In this document: one piece after another, positions 46,534-56,039 of the stretch
Position numbering within the stretch: the stretch's first letter is position 1
Layout: the number at the start of each line of letters is the position of its first letter
Source of the DNA: Candidatus Bathyarchaeota archaeon
GTDB taxonomy: Archaea; Thermoproteota; Bathyarchaeia; Bathyarchaeales; Bathycorpusculaceae
NCBI GenBank assembly: GCA_963782525.1
Contig: CAWAKC010000009.1
Span: forward strand, 176,727-240,726
Length of the DNA stretch: 64,000 nucleotides
Direction of reading: 5' to 3'
Translations under genes and position numbers: made by a program
The notes under the pieces: generated by a model
Database searches by the model: none
Told to the model about the DNA's origin: nothing
The model's input: the letters and a program-made list of their open reading frames with translations, nothing else

Positions 46534-48960
46534 TTGAACCAGCCAAAAGTGAAAAAGATGAAAAAAGAAGCAAAAAAAGAACCCCAAGAAACGAACTGGG
46601 AAACTGGACTAGAAAACCAGGAAGTTCAAAAAAGGTTAGCATTCTATGGGTATAATGAGGTTCCTGAGAAGAAAGTAAGCTTTTGGGTGAGATTGGGAAA
46701 ACGTTTCTGGGGCATTGTGCCCTGGATGCTTGAAGCCACAGCCATCGTCACTTTGATATTAGGCAAGTATCCACAGGCACTTGTCATAATCTTTCTTCTT
46801 TTCTTCAACGCAGGAATGTCTTTGTGGCGTGAAGGCAGAGCAAAAGCAGCGATGGCTAAACTAAAGCAAAGACTACGAATCCAAAGTCGAGTTAAAAGAG
46901 ATAGAAAATGGTCCAGTATCCCAGCTAGAGAACTTGTCCCAGGAGACCTCGTTAGAGTAAGAATCGGCGATCTCTTGCCAGCCGATATAAAGATCATCGA
47001 TGGTTCGCTTGGTTTAGACCAGTCGGTGCTCACTGGTGAATCAGGAATCGTGGATAAGTTACCTAAAGAAGTAGCATACTCAGGATCAGCCGTAAAACGT
47101 GGCGAAGCAACAGGAATAGTAGAAGCTACTGGAACAAAAACCTATTTTGGAAAAACCATTTCCCTGCTTGAACTTGCCAAACCAAAACTCCACATGGAAG
47201 AAGTCACAGTAAAAGTAGCACGTCAACTGGCCATAATAGTCCTCGCATCGCTCCTAATCGTCTTTGTATATGCCGTATTGACAGGGTTCGACCTCGCAGT
47301 ATTGTTGCCGCTTGCGGGCGTGTTACTCATAGCGTCCGTTCCTGTTGCGATGCCCACCATGTTCACCATAAACATGGCACTAGGCGCAGCAGTTCTTGCA
47401 AAACAGGGTGTCCTAGTTACAAGACTCAGTGCAAGCGAAGATGCCGCAACTATGGATGTATTATGCGCTGATAAAACGGGCACAATTACACTGAATAAAC
47501 TGTTCGTTGAAGAGGAAGTGCCACTAAATGGGTTTAGTGAAAGCGACGTTTTACTTTACGGAGCACTTGCATCAAAAGAGGCCAACCAAGATCCAATCGA
47601 CATAGCATTCCTAACGGCTGCAGCAGAAGCGCACCTGCCGTTAGCCATTTATTCACAGACAGAATTCGTGCCCTTTGACCCTAAAACTAGAATGACAGAG
47701 GCCACAATCAGTAGAGCTGGCGAAAAATTCTTCGTTGGAAAAGGTTCATTTGACACAATATGCGCTGCCTGCAACGTTGCAGAAGAAAAAGCAAAAGACA
47801 TGCTCAAGCTTGCTGAGACGCTTTCTGAAAAGGGGCTAAGAGTAATAGCTGTTGCTAAAGGCGTAGAGAGAAGTAAGCTGGAGTTTGTTGGCCTGGGAGG
47901 CATCGCCGATAGAATAAGAGAAGATTCCAATGAGATACTGGAGCAAATTCGTGGATTAGGAGTAGAAGTGAAAATGCTTACGGGCGATTCGCTTCCGATT
48001 GCCAAAAACATAGCCCAGCAAATAGGATTAGGCAAAAACATCACTACCATGTCAAAGATTCAGGACGCTGAAACCAAAGCAACACCTATCGACTCAGTAA
48101 TCGAAGATAGTCATGGCATCGCCCAGATTTACCCCGAAGATAAATTCATCATAGTCAAGACGCTCCAACGGATTGGGCACATTGTCGGAATGACCGGCGA
48201 CGGCGTGAATGACGCTCCAGCATTGGGACAGGCCGAAGTTGGTATCGCAGTGAAGAACGCAACAGACATCGCTAAAGATTCCGCAAGTGCAGTTCTAACG
48301 GTTGAAGGACTCGGCGGCATAATATCCATGATAAAGACATCAAGGACTATTTATCAGAGAATTTATAGCTGGGCATTGATGATGGTTGCCCGAAAACTGC
48401 ACATCGCAGGGTTCATTGTTGTAATGCTGTTTCTTACGCATTCGTTAATGCTTTCGATAACGGGCACAGTGCTGCTGCTTTTCTTAGGCGACTTTGTCTC
48501 AATGTCCATATCAACAGATAACGTGCGCTCTTCTTTAAAGCCTGACACATTTGACATGCGTCGACTGTTCGGAGTCAGTGGATCACTAGGTATGCTTATG
48601 ACTGTTGAAAGCGCAATCTTTGCTGTGCCTGCTTTATCATATTTTGGGCTGATTAGCAATGTAGAGAAAATCTATACTTTCGGGTTTGCTTACTTGAATC
48701 TTGCAGGCGTGTTCACTCTTATGATTGTTCGCGAGCGAAATCATTTCTGGGAGTCAAGGCCTAGTAGGTTTTTGAGCGTAACGGTTTTAGCTGAAGTTTT
48801 GTTTGTGATTGCTATTTCGGTCTTAGGCATCTTAGAGCTTGCACCGCTTGGCTATTTGCCTGTGCTTGCAATCCTTGGCTATTCGTTGCTAACAACCTTC
48901 CTGATCAACGATCCAATCAAAGTATATCTAATACGCAAATTCAAGGCAACCCAGGGGTAA
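46534..48960 (+). CDS. P-type ATPase, P3A (plasma-membrane H+-ATPase-like), divergent copy
   Basis: WMLE, LTGES, PVAMP, DKTGT, DPID, PFDP, MLTGD, MTGDGVNDAPAL. Confidence 0.9.
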   Translation: MNQPKVKKMKKEAKKEPQETNWETGLENQEVQKRLAFYGYNEVPEKKVSFWVRLGKRFWGIVPWMLEATAIVTLILGKYPQALVIIFLLFFNAGMSLWREGRAKAAMAKLKQRLRIQSRVKRDRKWSSIPARELVPGDLVRVRIGDLLPADIKIIDGSLGLDQSVLTGESGIVDKLPKEVAYSGSAVKRGEATGIVEATGTKTYFGKTISLLELAKPKLHMEEVTVKVARQLAIIVLASLLIVFVYAVLTGFDLAVLLPLAGVLLIASVPVAMPTMFTINMALGAAVLAKQGVLVTRLSASEDAATMDVLCADKTGTITLNKLFVEEEVPLNGFSESDVLLYGALASKEANQDPIDIAFLTAAAEAHLPLAIYSQTEFVPFDPKTRMTEATISRAGEKFFVGKGSFDTICAACNVAEEKAKDMLKLAETLSEKGLRVIAVAKGVERSKLEFVGLGGIADRIREDSNEILEQIRGLGVEVKMLTGDSLPIAKNIAQQIGLGKNITTMSKIQDAETKATPIDSVIEDSHGIAQIYPEDKFIIVKTLQRIGHIVGMTGDGVNDAPALGQAEVGIAVKNATDIAKDSASAVLTVEGLGGIISMIKTSRTIYQRIYSWALMMVARKLHIAGFIVVMLFLTHSLMLSITGTVLLLFLGDFVSMSISTDNVRSSLKPDTFDMRRLFGVSGSLGMLMTVESAIFAVPALSYFGLISNVEKIYTFGFAYLNLAGVFTLMIVRERNHFWESRPSRFLSVTVLAEVLFVIAISVLGILELAPLGYLPVLAILGYSLLTTFLINDPIKVYLIRKFKATQG

Positions 48961-49022
48961 CCAAAACAAGCCCTGTCCCTTTAGATAAAAATCTGATTTG
49001 AGATATAAGGGTCACATTGTTC

Positions 49023-49040
49023 ATATCAATATTTGCATAT
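49023..49040. promoter_or_regulatory. Putative second ArsR-type operator upstream of the PQQ protein-arsC unit
   Basis: ATATCAATATTTGCATAT versus ATAACAATATTTAAATAT at 45778. Confidence 0.4.
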
Positions 49041-49084
49041 ACATATATGATAGCAAGCAATACAACTTTTAAGGTAAGTTAACC

Positions 49085-50365
49085 ATGAAATCCAAATTAG
49101 CTTTGATCATTTTAACGGTATTACTTCTAGCTTCAGCTTACGCTACATCGACAGAAACATTCATCAGCACAGCTTCTTCAACTGATAACTGGTCCATGTT
49201 CCACCATGACCTCGCACATACCGGTTATTCAACTAGCACACCTACGGCAACCTCCGCCGCTCTACTATGGAACTATACCACTAAAAGCGTAATTTGGGCT
49301 TCTCCAGCCATCGTCAATGGCCGCGTCTATATACCCTCTGATGATGGAAGCGTTTATTGTCTTGACGCAGTAAGCGGTCATCAAATATGGAACTACCCAG
49401 TTCACGCCATAGGACGCGGCGAAGAAGCAATAGGTTCTTCGGTTGCCTTTAATGATGGTTACATCTATTTTGGAGGTTATGACCGTAACGTGTATTGTCT
49501 GAATGCTGACACAGGCGACAAAGTATGGAATTACACAACGGGCGCTACTGTGGAATCGTGTCCAGCAGTGGCGGGCAGCTCTGTGTATGTTGGTTCTTGG
49601 GATGGCAACATTTACTGTTTTGACGCGTTAACTGGTTCTAAAATATGGAATTATTCTACTGGCGGACTTGTGGAGTCCTCTCCAGCGGTTGTTGGCGGGC
49701 ATGTTTATGTAGGATCAACAGACCATAACGTTTACTGCTTAAATGCTTCAACTGGCGAAAGTATATGGAATTATACCACTGGCGGCATAGTTCAATCTTC
49801 TCCTGCAGTTGACAATAACCATGTCTACATAGGTTCAGAAGACAACAAAGTCTATTGTCTTGATGCCTCCAACGGCAGTTTGATTTGGAACTCCACAACC
49901 GATGGGTGGGTTGATTCTTCCCCAGCAGTAGCCAACGGACACGTTTATGCGGGGTCCTTGGTTGTAGATGCAAACCAAAACTACGTTGCCTCAAACGTTT
50001 ATTGCCTCGACGAGTCAACTGGAGCAAAAATTTGGAATTACCCAACTCAGGGCGGCGTTAATTCATCCCCCGCCATTGCAGGGAACTACGTCTACGTCGG
50101 CGGTTGGGATAACAATGTTTACTGCCTTAACGCTACATCTGGGGCTGCAATATGGACCTACGCGACTCAGGGCCATGTTAACTCGTCTCCAGCGGTTGCA
50201 GACGGTATTGTCTACGTCGGATCTTGGGATCATAACGTGTATGCTTTTGGCTCCTTACCGCCTTCCTCATCAATGCCCTTCGAGATTATTTACGCAATTG
50301 CAATCGTCGTTGCTATCGTAATTATTGTTGTAGCGATGATTGCAGTTAGACGAAGAAAAAACTAA
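49085..50365 (+). CDS. PQQ-binding-like beta-propeller surface protein
   Basis: Seven or eight WNYTTGG.VESSPAV..VYVGS.D.NVYCL repeats, signal peptide, C-terminal TM. Confidence 0.9.
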   Translation: MKSKLALIILTVLLLASAYATSTETFISTASSTDNWSMFHHDLAHTGYSTSTPTATSAALLWNYTTKSVIWASPAIVNGRVYIPSDDGSVYCLDAVSGHQIWNYPVHAIGRGEEAIGSSVAFNDGYIYFGGYDRNVYCLNADTGDKVWNYTTGATVESCPAVAGSSVYVGSWDGNIYCFDALTGSKIWNYSTGGLVESSPAVVGGHVYVGSTDHNVYCLNASTGESIWNYTTGGIVQSSPAVDNNHVYIGSEDNKVYCLDASNGSLIWNSTTDGWVDSSPAVANGHVYAGSLVVDANQNYVASNVYCLDESTGAKIWNYPTQGGVNSSPAIAGNYVYVGGWDNNVYCLNATSGAAIWTYATQGHVNSSPAVADGIVYVGSWDHNVYAFGSLPPSSSMPFEIIYAIAIVVAIVIIVVAMIAVRRRKN

Positions 50366-50401
50366 TATTCGGTATCAAAAAATAAAATGAAGAGATTACC
50401 C

Positions 50402-50809
50402 ATGAAGAAAGTCTTGTTTGTCTGTGTTGAGAACGCTGGCAGAAGTCAGATGGCTGAAGCATTTGCCAAGAAATATGGAGAAGACAAGTTTATCGTTTCC
50501 AGCGCTGGCAATAAACCAGCAGACAAAGTAAACGCAGTTGTAATTGAGGTTATGAAAGAAAAAGGCATCGACATTTCAATGAACAAGCCAAAGCTGATAT
50601 CGGCAAAGATTGCAATGGACTCAGATTTGATAGTCACCATGGGATGTAACGACCAAGGAGTCTGCCCAGGACCCTTCTTTAAACCCACAATCGACTGGAC
50701 GCTGGAAGACCCAAAGGGAAAACCCATAGAAAAAGTCAGAGAAATCCGAGATGAAATTGAACACAAGGTAAAACAGCTGATAACTCAACAAACAGATGTT
50801 GAGACATAG
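50402..50809 (+). CDS. arsC: Arsenate reductase ArsC (LMW-PTP family)
   Basis: FVCVENAGRSQMAE, MGC...CP, W.LEDP. Confidence 0.92.
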   Translation: MKKVLFVCVENAGRSQMAEAFAKKYGEDKFIVSSAGNKPADKVNAVVIEVMKEKGIDISMNKPKLISAKIAMDSDLIVTMGCNDQGVCPGPFFKPTIDWTLEDPKGKPIEKVREIRDEIEHKVKQLITQQTDVET

Positions 50810-50915
50810 TTTTTGTTCAGGCTATTTTTAATTTTAATCAACCGAGCCTGGATTACCGCGCCGCGGTAATGTATTTATCACTAAAGGCAATTTAACTAAC
50901 GAGAAGCCGATTTGT

Positions 50916-51030
50916 GCAGGGGTCGCCGAGCATGGTCAAAGGCGTAGAGCTGTACTTTAATGTACTGCGCGCATGCTTCAGGAGCCTATCCTTCAGAGGT
51001 TCGTGGGTTCAAATCCCACCCCCTGCACCA
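50916..51030 (+). tRNA. tRNA-Leu(CAG) with 27-nt intron at non-canonical position 29/30 (50948-50974); CCA encoded
   Basis: Acceptor GCAGGGG/CCCCTGC; spliced anticodon arm TAGGC-TTCAGGA-GCCTA; long variable arm; T arm GTGGG-TTCAAAT-CCCAC; bulge-helix-bulge at the intron ends. Confidence 0.95.
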
Positions 51031-51046
51031 TAACATTATTCAGTTT

Positions 51047-51293
51047 TCAAAGAAGCTTATTGAATTCATCGACTGATAAGTCAACTTCTCTAATTATAGT
51101 GCGCAGCATTCCTTTTCCAAGAGGCTTGTGGGCAGGGATAACAACCATTGTCTCGTTTTTCCTACAGCCAAATAAAGAAACATATTTCTGTTGGTCAATA
51201 AGCCGCATGACGATGTGGCTACCTTTCTGGTTGTTGACGGCGTAGCCGATGTTCACGAGAGCCTTTAATAACGATGTCATAGTCAAGAGACAT
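51047..51293 (-). CDS. hicA: HicA-family toxin (possible +1 indel near 51264)
   Basis: KALVNIGY...QKGSHIVM...VVIPAH..LGKGMLRTIIRE. ATG 51293 gives MSLDYDIVIK in the adjacent frame. Confidence 0.85.
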
Positions 51294-51297
51294 TAAT

Positions 51298-51501
51298 TTA
51301 GACACTGACTTGCACCGTTTCAATAGGAACGGGGTCGCCATGTTCCTTTAACGCTTCAATATAAGCCTGTATTGCTTCCTTGATATTTTTCATAAGTTCC
51401 GCCCGTGTTTTTCCTTCGGTAGCACAACCAGGCAGGTCAGGAACTTTAGCGACAAGGACGCCGTCTTCATCCTTTTCAATTATCGCTCTGTATTTGAGCA
51501 T
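51298..51501 (-). CDS. hicB: Short HicB-family antitoxin (no DNA-binding domain)
   Basis: IEKDEDG...VPDLPGCATEGKT..E...NIKEAI...E. Confidence 0.92.
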   Translation of the reverse strand: MLKYRAIIEKDEDGVLVAKVPDLPGCATEGKTRAELMKNIKEAIQAYIEALKEHGDPVPIETVQVSV

Positions 51502-51557
51502 ATGTTTGCATAGAGCTTTGGAAATTCTTAAGCTTTCCCTTTTGTTTGTGTGTATGT

Positions 51558-51595
51558 TTCAGAGGTTCGTGGGTTCAAATCCCACCCCTGCACCA
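51558..51595 (+). repeat. Duplicate of tRNA-Leu 3' end (att site)
   Basis: TTCAGAGGTTCGTGGGTTCAAATCCCACCCCTGCACCA. Confidence 0.92.
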
Positions 51596-51619
51596 AATTA
51601 ATTGGGTAAATACATTAAT

Positions 51620-52149
51620 TTGAGAAGAAGAAAAACAGTTATGTCCTACGGGAAAGCGTTCTTCTTCTTTCAAAAACTATTTTGACCCTTGAGCGACAAA
51701 AAGAAGAAGACATTGACTTGCATACAGATTTGTCTTCTTTCAAAGAGAGGAAGAAAAAATCGACAATTTTCGGGAAAAACTGGTTTTTTCTTCTTTCAAT
51801 CAGAACTATTGGACAAAAAACAACAAGATCTCAATTCCACAAAAAGAAAGTGTTGTTGTTTACCAACTTTATTCAATCTTAACGACAGATATTCACTCAA
51901 GTAGAAGAAGAGCAAATTTTCCAACTTTCTTCTTCTTTTAACAGTGAAGGCAGAAGAACAACAACAAACCAATTTTTGCAACTGCTGTTGTTCTACACTA
52001 ATAATAGCAACCCACCATTAAGTGAAGATAGACCAAAATAGGTAAAGCTATCTAAAAAATAGCAAAAAACTTACCACATCTCTTAGATCATGCGAAATAG
52101 ATGTCTGATGTACGAGCGATTTGAATAAGAACACATAGATCAATTCAAA
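51620..52149 (+). repeat. Array of about 9 tandem inverted repeats (hairpin array B)
   Basis: gaagaagaa/ttcttcttc, gaagaagaca/tgtcttcttt, ggaagaaaaaatcg/tggttttttcttct, aaacaacaa/ttgttgttt, agaagaagag/ttcttcttct, agaacaaca/tgttgttct, agatag/ctatct, acatct/agatgt, tttgaat/attcaaa. Confidence 0.75.
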
Positions 52150-52335
52150 AGATGAAAGCCAGGTTCAATTTTGTAGCCGTTTTACCATATGAAGAAAAAA
52201 CATTCTTCCTAATTGAGAGAATTTGTTGACTCCGATTGACCGCCAAAAAAAGCCGAGAAATCGCTGAATTTCTCAATTTATTTATATTATTTAGACATTT
52301 CTCCAACGTGCCGTTTATATCCAACCCCACAATGC

Positions 52336-54150
52336 GTGAGTAATGGAGAAGGAAAAACAGTGAAGTCTCCGAAAACTTCTCGCGAGTTTGATTATCTGAG
52401 AAAATGGGTTCCGATAGCTCTTTTAATCGGTGCCGTCAGCGGAGCGGGAAGTATTTTTTTCTATGAAGCAATCAAGCTCTCAAGCACATTTCTGTTAGGT
52501 GACTTAGGGGGCTTTTTTCCTCCTTCGCCAGTCGGAGAAGGCGGAAGCTTGGGAGTACTCTCTTCTCATGTCTATGTGATCCCATTGATAACTACTGTTG
52601 GAGGACTTTTGTGCGGTATTCTTGTTTATGGTTTAGCGCCAGAAGCAGAGGGTCACGGGACTGATGCAGCAATAGATGCTTTTCACAATAAAAAAGGGGA
52701 GATACGGTCTAGAATTCCCTTGGTTAAGCTTGTGGCTTCAGCTATAACGATTGGCTCTGGAGGAAGCGCAGGCAGAGAGGGTCCAACAGCGCAGATAGGG
52801 GCGGGCTTCGGTTCCTTTCTGGGCAGGAAGCTTCACCTTAGCTTAAAAGATAGAAGAATTGCAGTTGCAGTCGGAATAGGAGCGGGAATAGGTTCTATTT
52901 TCAAGGCACCGTTCGGCGGGGCTATTCTAAGCACTGAGATTCTATACATGGGAGACTTTGAGGTAGAGGCGTTGCTCCCAGCGTTCATAGCCTCAACGGT
53001 TGGATATAGTATTTTCGCTTCGTATACTGGGTGGACACCCGTTTTTGGTTACCTGAATCTTGGTGCTTTCAGTGACCCGATTAATCTGCCCTTTTACGCT
53101 GTCTTAGGGATACTTTGTGGTTTAGTAGGCATCGTATATGTCAAGGGCTTCTACGGTACACGGGATCTTTTTCAGCGTCTAAAAATACCGCGGTTCTTGA
53201 AGCCAGCCTTGGGCGGATTGTTAGTTGGTATTATTGGAATGTTTCTTCCACAAGTGCTCGGCATGGGGTATGGTTGGCTTCAGATTGCGATGAGCGGCAA
53301 TTTTGTCTTACTTCCAATTATTTTGATTCCGCTAATAGCAGTGGTCAAAATAGTTGCTACATCAATAACGGTGGGTTCAGGTGGCAGTGGAGGGGTCTTT
53401 GCACCAGCCTTGGTTATAGGAGGCTTGCTGGGCGCATCGCTTTGGATATTGTTAGACGGGATTTTTCCGAACTTTGGCCCTGTCATAGCGGCTTTTATCA
53501 TAGTGGGGATGATGGCGTTTTTTGGAGGTGTAGGTAAGGTTCCAGTCGCCGTCATACTCATGGTTAGCGAGATGACTGGAGGATTCACTTTGCTGGTTCC
53601 TTCAATGATAGCCACAACCATCGCATACGTAATCACTGGAAAGATTACAATCTATAGAAGTCAGGTTCCATCAAGAGCTGAATCGCCAGCCCATAGAGGT
53701 GAATACTCAACTACTCTCCTGCAGAAACTCTTCATCAAGGATGCAATGACCAAAAAACTCATTACAATTACCCCCAATTCAAAGGTTTCAGAAGTCGCTG
53801 AGACCTTGTCAAAGAACGGAATAAAAGGAGTGCCCGTCTTAGATGATGACGGCAGAATCGTGGGTATAGTCACGCTTACAGATGTTCTTCAGCTTCACCC
53901 AGACCAGAGAGCTACAACTAAGGTGGGCTCAATAATGACCAAAGAAATCATAACAGCGAATCCTGATGATACTCTTTATACTGCATTTGATAAAATGACC
54001 AATAACCAGATCGGACGCCTTCTAGTTGTGGAATCACGCAGAAGCTCGAAGCTAATGGGTATAATTACGCGAGAAGACGTGTGGCGAGTCTACAACATAG
54101 AAATAAGGTCAAAACTAGAAGATGTTAAACTTTCAGGAAGCATCGAATAA
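52336..54150 (+). CDS. ClC chloride channel / Cl-/H+ antiporter with CBS pair
   Basis: GHGTD, GSAGREGP, GGVFAP, EMTG, C-terminal CBS domains. Confidence 0.93.
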   Translation: MSNGEGKTVKSPKTSREFDYLRKWVPIALLIGAVSGAGSIFFYEAIKLSSTFLLGDLGGFFPPSPVGEGGSLGVLSSHVYVIPLITTVGGLLCGILVYGLAPEAEGHGTDAAIDAFHNKKGEIRSRIPLVKLVASAITIGSGGSAGREGPTAQIGAGFGSFLGRKLHLSLKDRRIAVAVGIGAGIGSIFKAPFGGAILSTEILYMGDFEVEALLPAFIASTVGYSIFASYTGWTPVFGYLNLGAFSDPINLPFYAVLGILCGLVGIVYVKGFYGTRDLFQRLKIPRFLKPALGGLLVGIIGMFLPQVLGMGYGWLQIAMSGNFVLLPIILIPLIAVVKIVATSITVGSGGSGGVFAPALVIGGLLGASLWILLDGIFPNFGPVIAAFIIVGMMAFFGGVGKVPVAVILMVSEMTGGFTLLVPSMIATTIAYVITGKITIYRSQVPSRAESPAHRGEYSTTLLQKLFIKDAMTKKLITITPNSKVSEVAETLSKNGIKGVPVLDDDGRIVGIVTLTDVLQLHPDQRATTKVGSIMTKEIITANPDDTLYTAFDKMTNNQIGRLLVVESRRSSKLMGIITREDVWRVYNIEIRSKLEDVKLSGSIE

Positions 54151-54264
54151 AAGTGAACACCGATGATTGTTTAAATTTATTCGCGGATGGCAAAACGCGT
54201 ATATTGCTTAATCACTGCTTATTACTTACTCATCATCGAACTATTTTGGTGGAGAAACAACTGA

Positions 54265-54657
54265 ATGACTACATCAATTGTTGAATGCCCACACTGCCAT
54301 TATAGATTCAATTACGAGTTTATTCCTGGAGCTTCATTTACCTCTATACGCCTTGGTCCAGTAAGAATATTCAAATGTCCCCACTGCAAAGAGCTACATA
54401 ACTTTAGGATGTCTCATTTTGGAACAGATTCTTCACTGCCGACTTATGGCGACAACTCTGAAACCTCAATTGGCGGCAGAGTATGGGCATTGCTGCTTGG
54501 ACCTTTGATTGTGCTAGTAACATTAGGCATTTTATTGCTGATAACCTATCAAGATTACATCTTGTTTATTATTCCATTAGTCCTTGGATTTGCCTGGATC
54601 GCTGTATATATTATATATCTTTATAGAAATGCAAGTGTGCGTAAAATAGAAAATTAA
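54265..54657 (+). CDS. Zn-ribbon membrane protein
   Basis: CPHC...CPHC plus two C-terminal TM helices. Confidence 0.75.
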   Translation: MTTSIVECPHCHYRFNYEFIPGASFTSIRLGPVRIFKCPHCKELHNFRMSHFGTDSSLPTYGDNSETSIGGRVWALLLGPLIVLVTLGILLLITYQDYILFIIPLVLGFAWIAVYIIYLYRNASVRKIEN

Positions 54658-54672
54658 CTGAGACGAAATAAA

Positions 54673-55227
54673 ATGTCTGTCGAGCAATTCACTGTTCAGC
54701 CTTCATCAAGCTTGGGATTAATTGCGCTGGTCGCCCTAGTCGGCACCGGCGTCGCACTTTTAATATTGGCTATCGTAACTGGAAGACGAGCAAAAACAAT
54801 TAGAAGTACTTTTGTTGCGTTGATGATCATAGGATTACTGATTATTGCCGGAGGGATTTGGCTGTTTTTTGCAACTAATACGCCTTCAACAATTACAGTA
54901 GGTTCTGGCTACGTGAATATACAATCCCCAAGCTTTGGCGGTGCTGGAAACATGGAAATTACGTCTATTCAGATAGTTTCTGCTTACGTTGGGCAGATTG
55001 GTTCTGGGAATTTGACCTTGTCAAAGCAGCGTGGAACAAACTATGATCATTTTAACATAGGCATATTTACCCTCGGAAATGGGAGAACTGCCTTTGTTGT
55101 ATCCAGCAACTCAACCGACCTTATAATTCAATTGGATAATGGAGAATACGTGATACTTGGTACATCTGATACGGCTGCTCTTATTGCAAGTTTTTCACAG
55201 TCTGTTTATCAACTAAATTTGTCTTGA
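54673..55227 (+). CDS. Membrane protein with possible bacterial PH-like domain
   Basis: Two N-terminal TMs followed by a beta-rich domain (GTN...IG.FTL.NG). Confidence 0.7.
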   Translation: MSVEQFTVQPSSSLGLIALVALVGTGVALLILAIVTGRRAKTIRSTFVALMIIGLLIIAGGIWLFFATNTPSTITVGSGYVNIQSPSFGGAGNMEITSIQIVSAYVGQIGSGNLTLSKQRGTNYDHFNIGIFTLGNGRTAFVVSSNSTDLIIQLDNGEYVILGTSDTAALIASFSQSVYQLNLS

Positions 55228-56039
55228 CATGAGCTTGGTAACGCAATAACAGACAAAGTTGGAAAGAAAGGGCTAAAGTAACTGTAGTAGTTTTTATGTA
55301 GTCACAAAGGCTATAAAACAAAAAAATTTAGACAATTATTACTCCTGTAGTTCATAAATAATGAATTGATTGCGAAATTTCAAAAGTTGGCAGGATAGCG
55401 GCCATAGGCTTCTATTATTTCTTCAGACAGCGATTTTTTTCCCGCATTTCGAACAAAATCTGTTACTTTTGACATTGTATCATATCTATCCCTAAGCTTT
55501 TTGTAATCTCATTCAAAAAAATTGTACTATACCCGTTTCTGATGCATGTACCATTCGAATATGCCTATCCAGATCGGCTTTTGTATTAAATGTCTGGTCA
55601 TCTAGTTGGCATCGGAATTTCCCATTCTTTGACTTTTCGGTTTTAGAAATAGAACGCCTTGACAAAACGGAACAGCTCCTCTTTAAAATAAGTATTTTCT
55701 GCTTAAAAACAATTTCTGGTTATCAAAGGTACCTCATAAAACTTTATGATGCTTAACATTAATTATTTTAATTAGTGATTTTTTTGACAAATGCTAGTGA
55801 ACTGAATGTTAAAAAGTTAACTGTACAAACGCTTTTAGTTCAGATGAAGTGACCATCAGAATATCTTTTACTTTTTTTGATTCTTGATAAATTGAAAAAG
55901 TGTTATAAGGAAAAAGCATGAAGTTGCCGTTTCATCCAACAAGAAGTTGAATAAATACAAGCTAAATTGTCACCTGAAAATCCAAATTTCGGCACACTTT
56001 TATCTCAGCAGGAAGTTTACAACAAGAAGGCAGTTCTTG

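Larger units (their letters stand above)
50992..51595. mobile_element. Minimal tRNA-integrated element (attL/attR-like direct repeats) carrying hicB-hicA
   Basis: 39-nt tRNA 3' end (50992-51030) repeated at 51558-51595 with one C fewer; no integrase between the repeats. Confidence 0.75.

Noticed and set aside
51620-52149. CRISPR array or small ORFs 51682-51981
   Set aside because: No conserved direct repeat of constant length, no cas genes, and the ORFs are low-complexity translations of the hairpin arms.
55400-55500. Zn-ribbon gene remnant (FCSKCGKK on the minus strand)
   Set aside because: Very short, bounded by stops and with no start codon; insufficient evidence.
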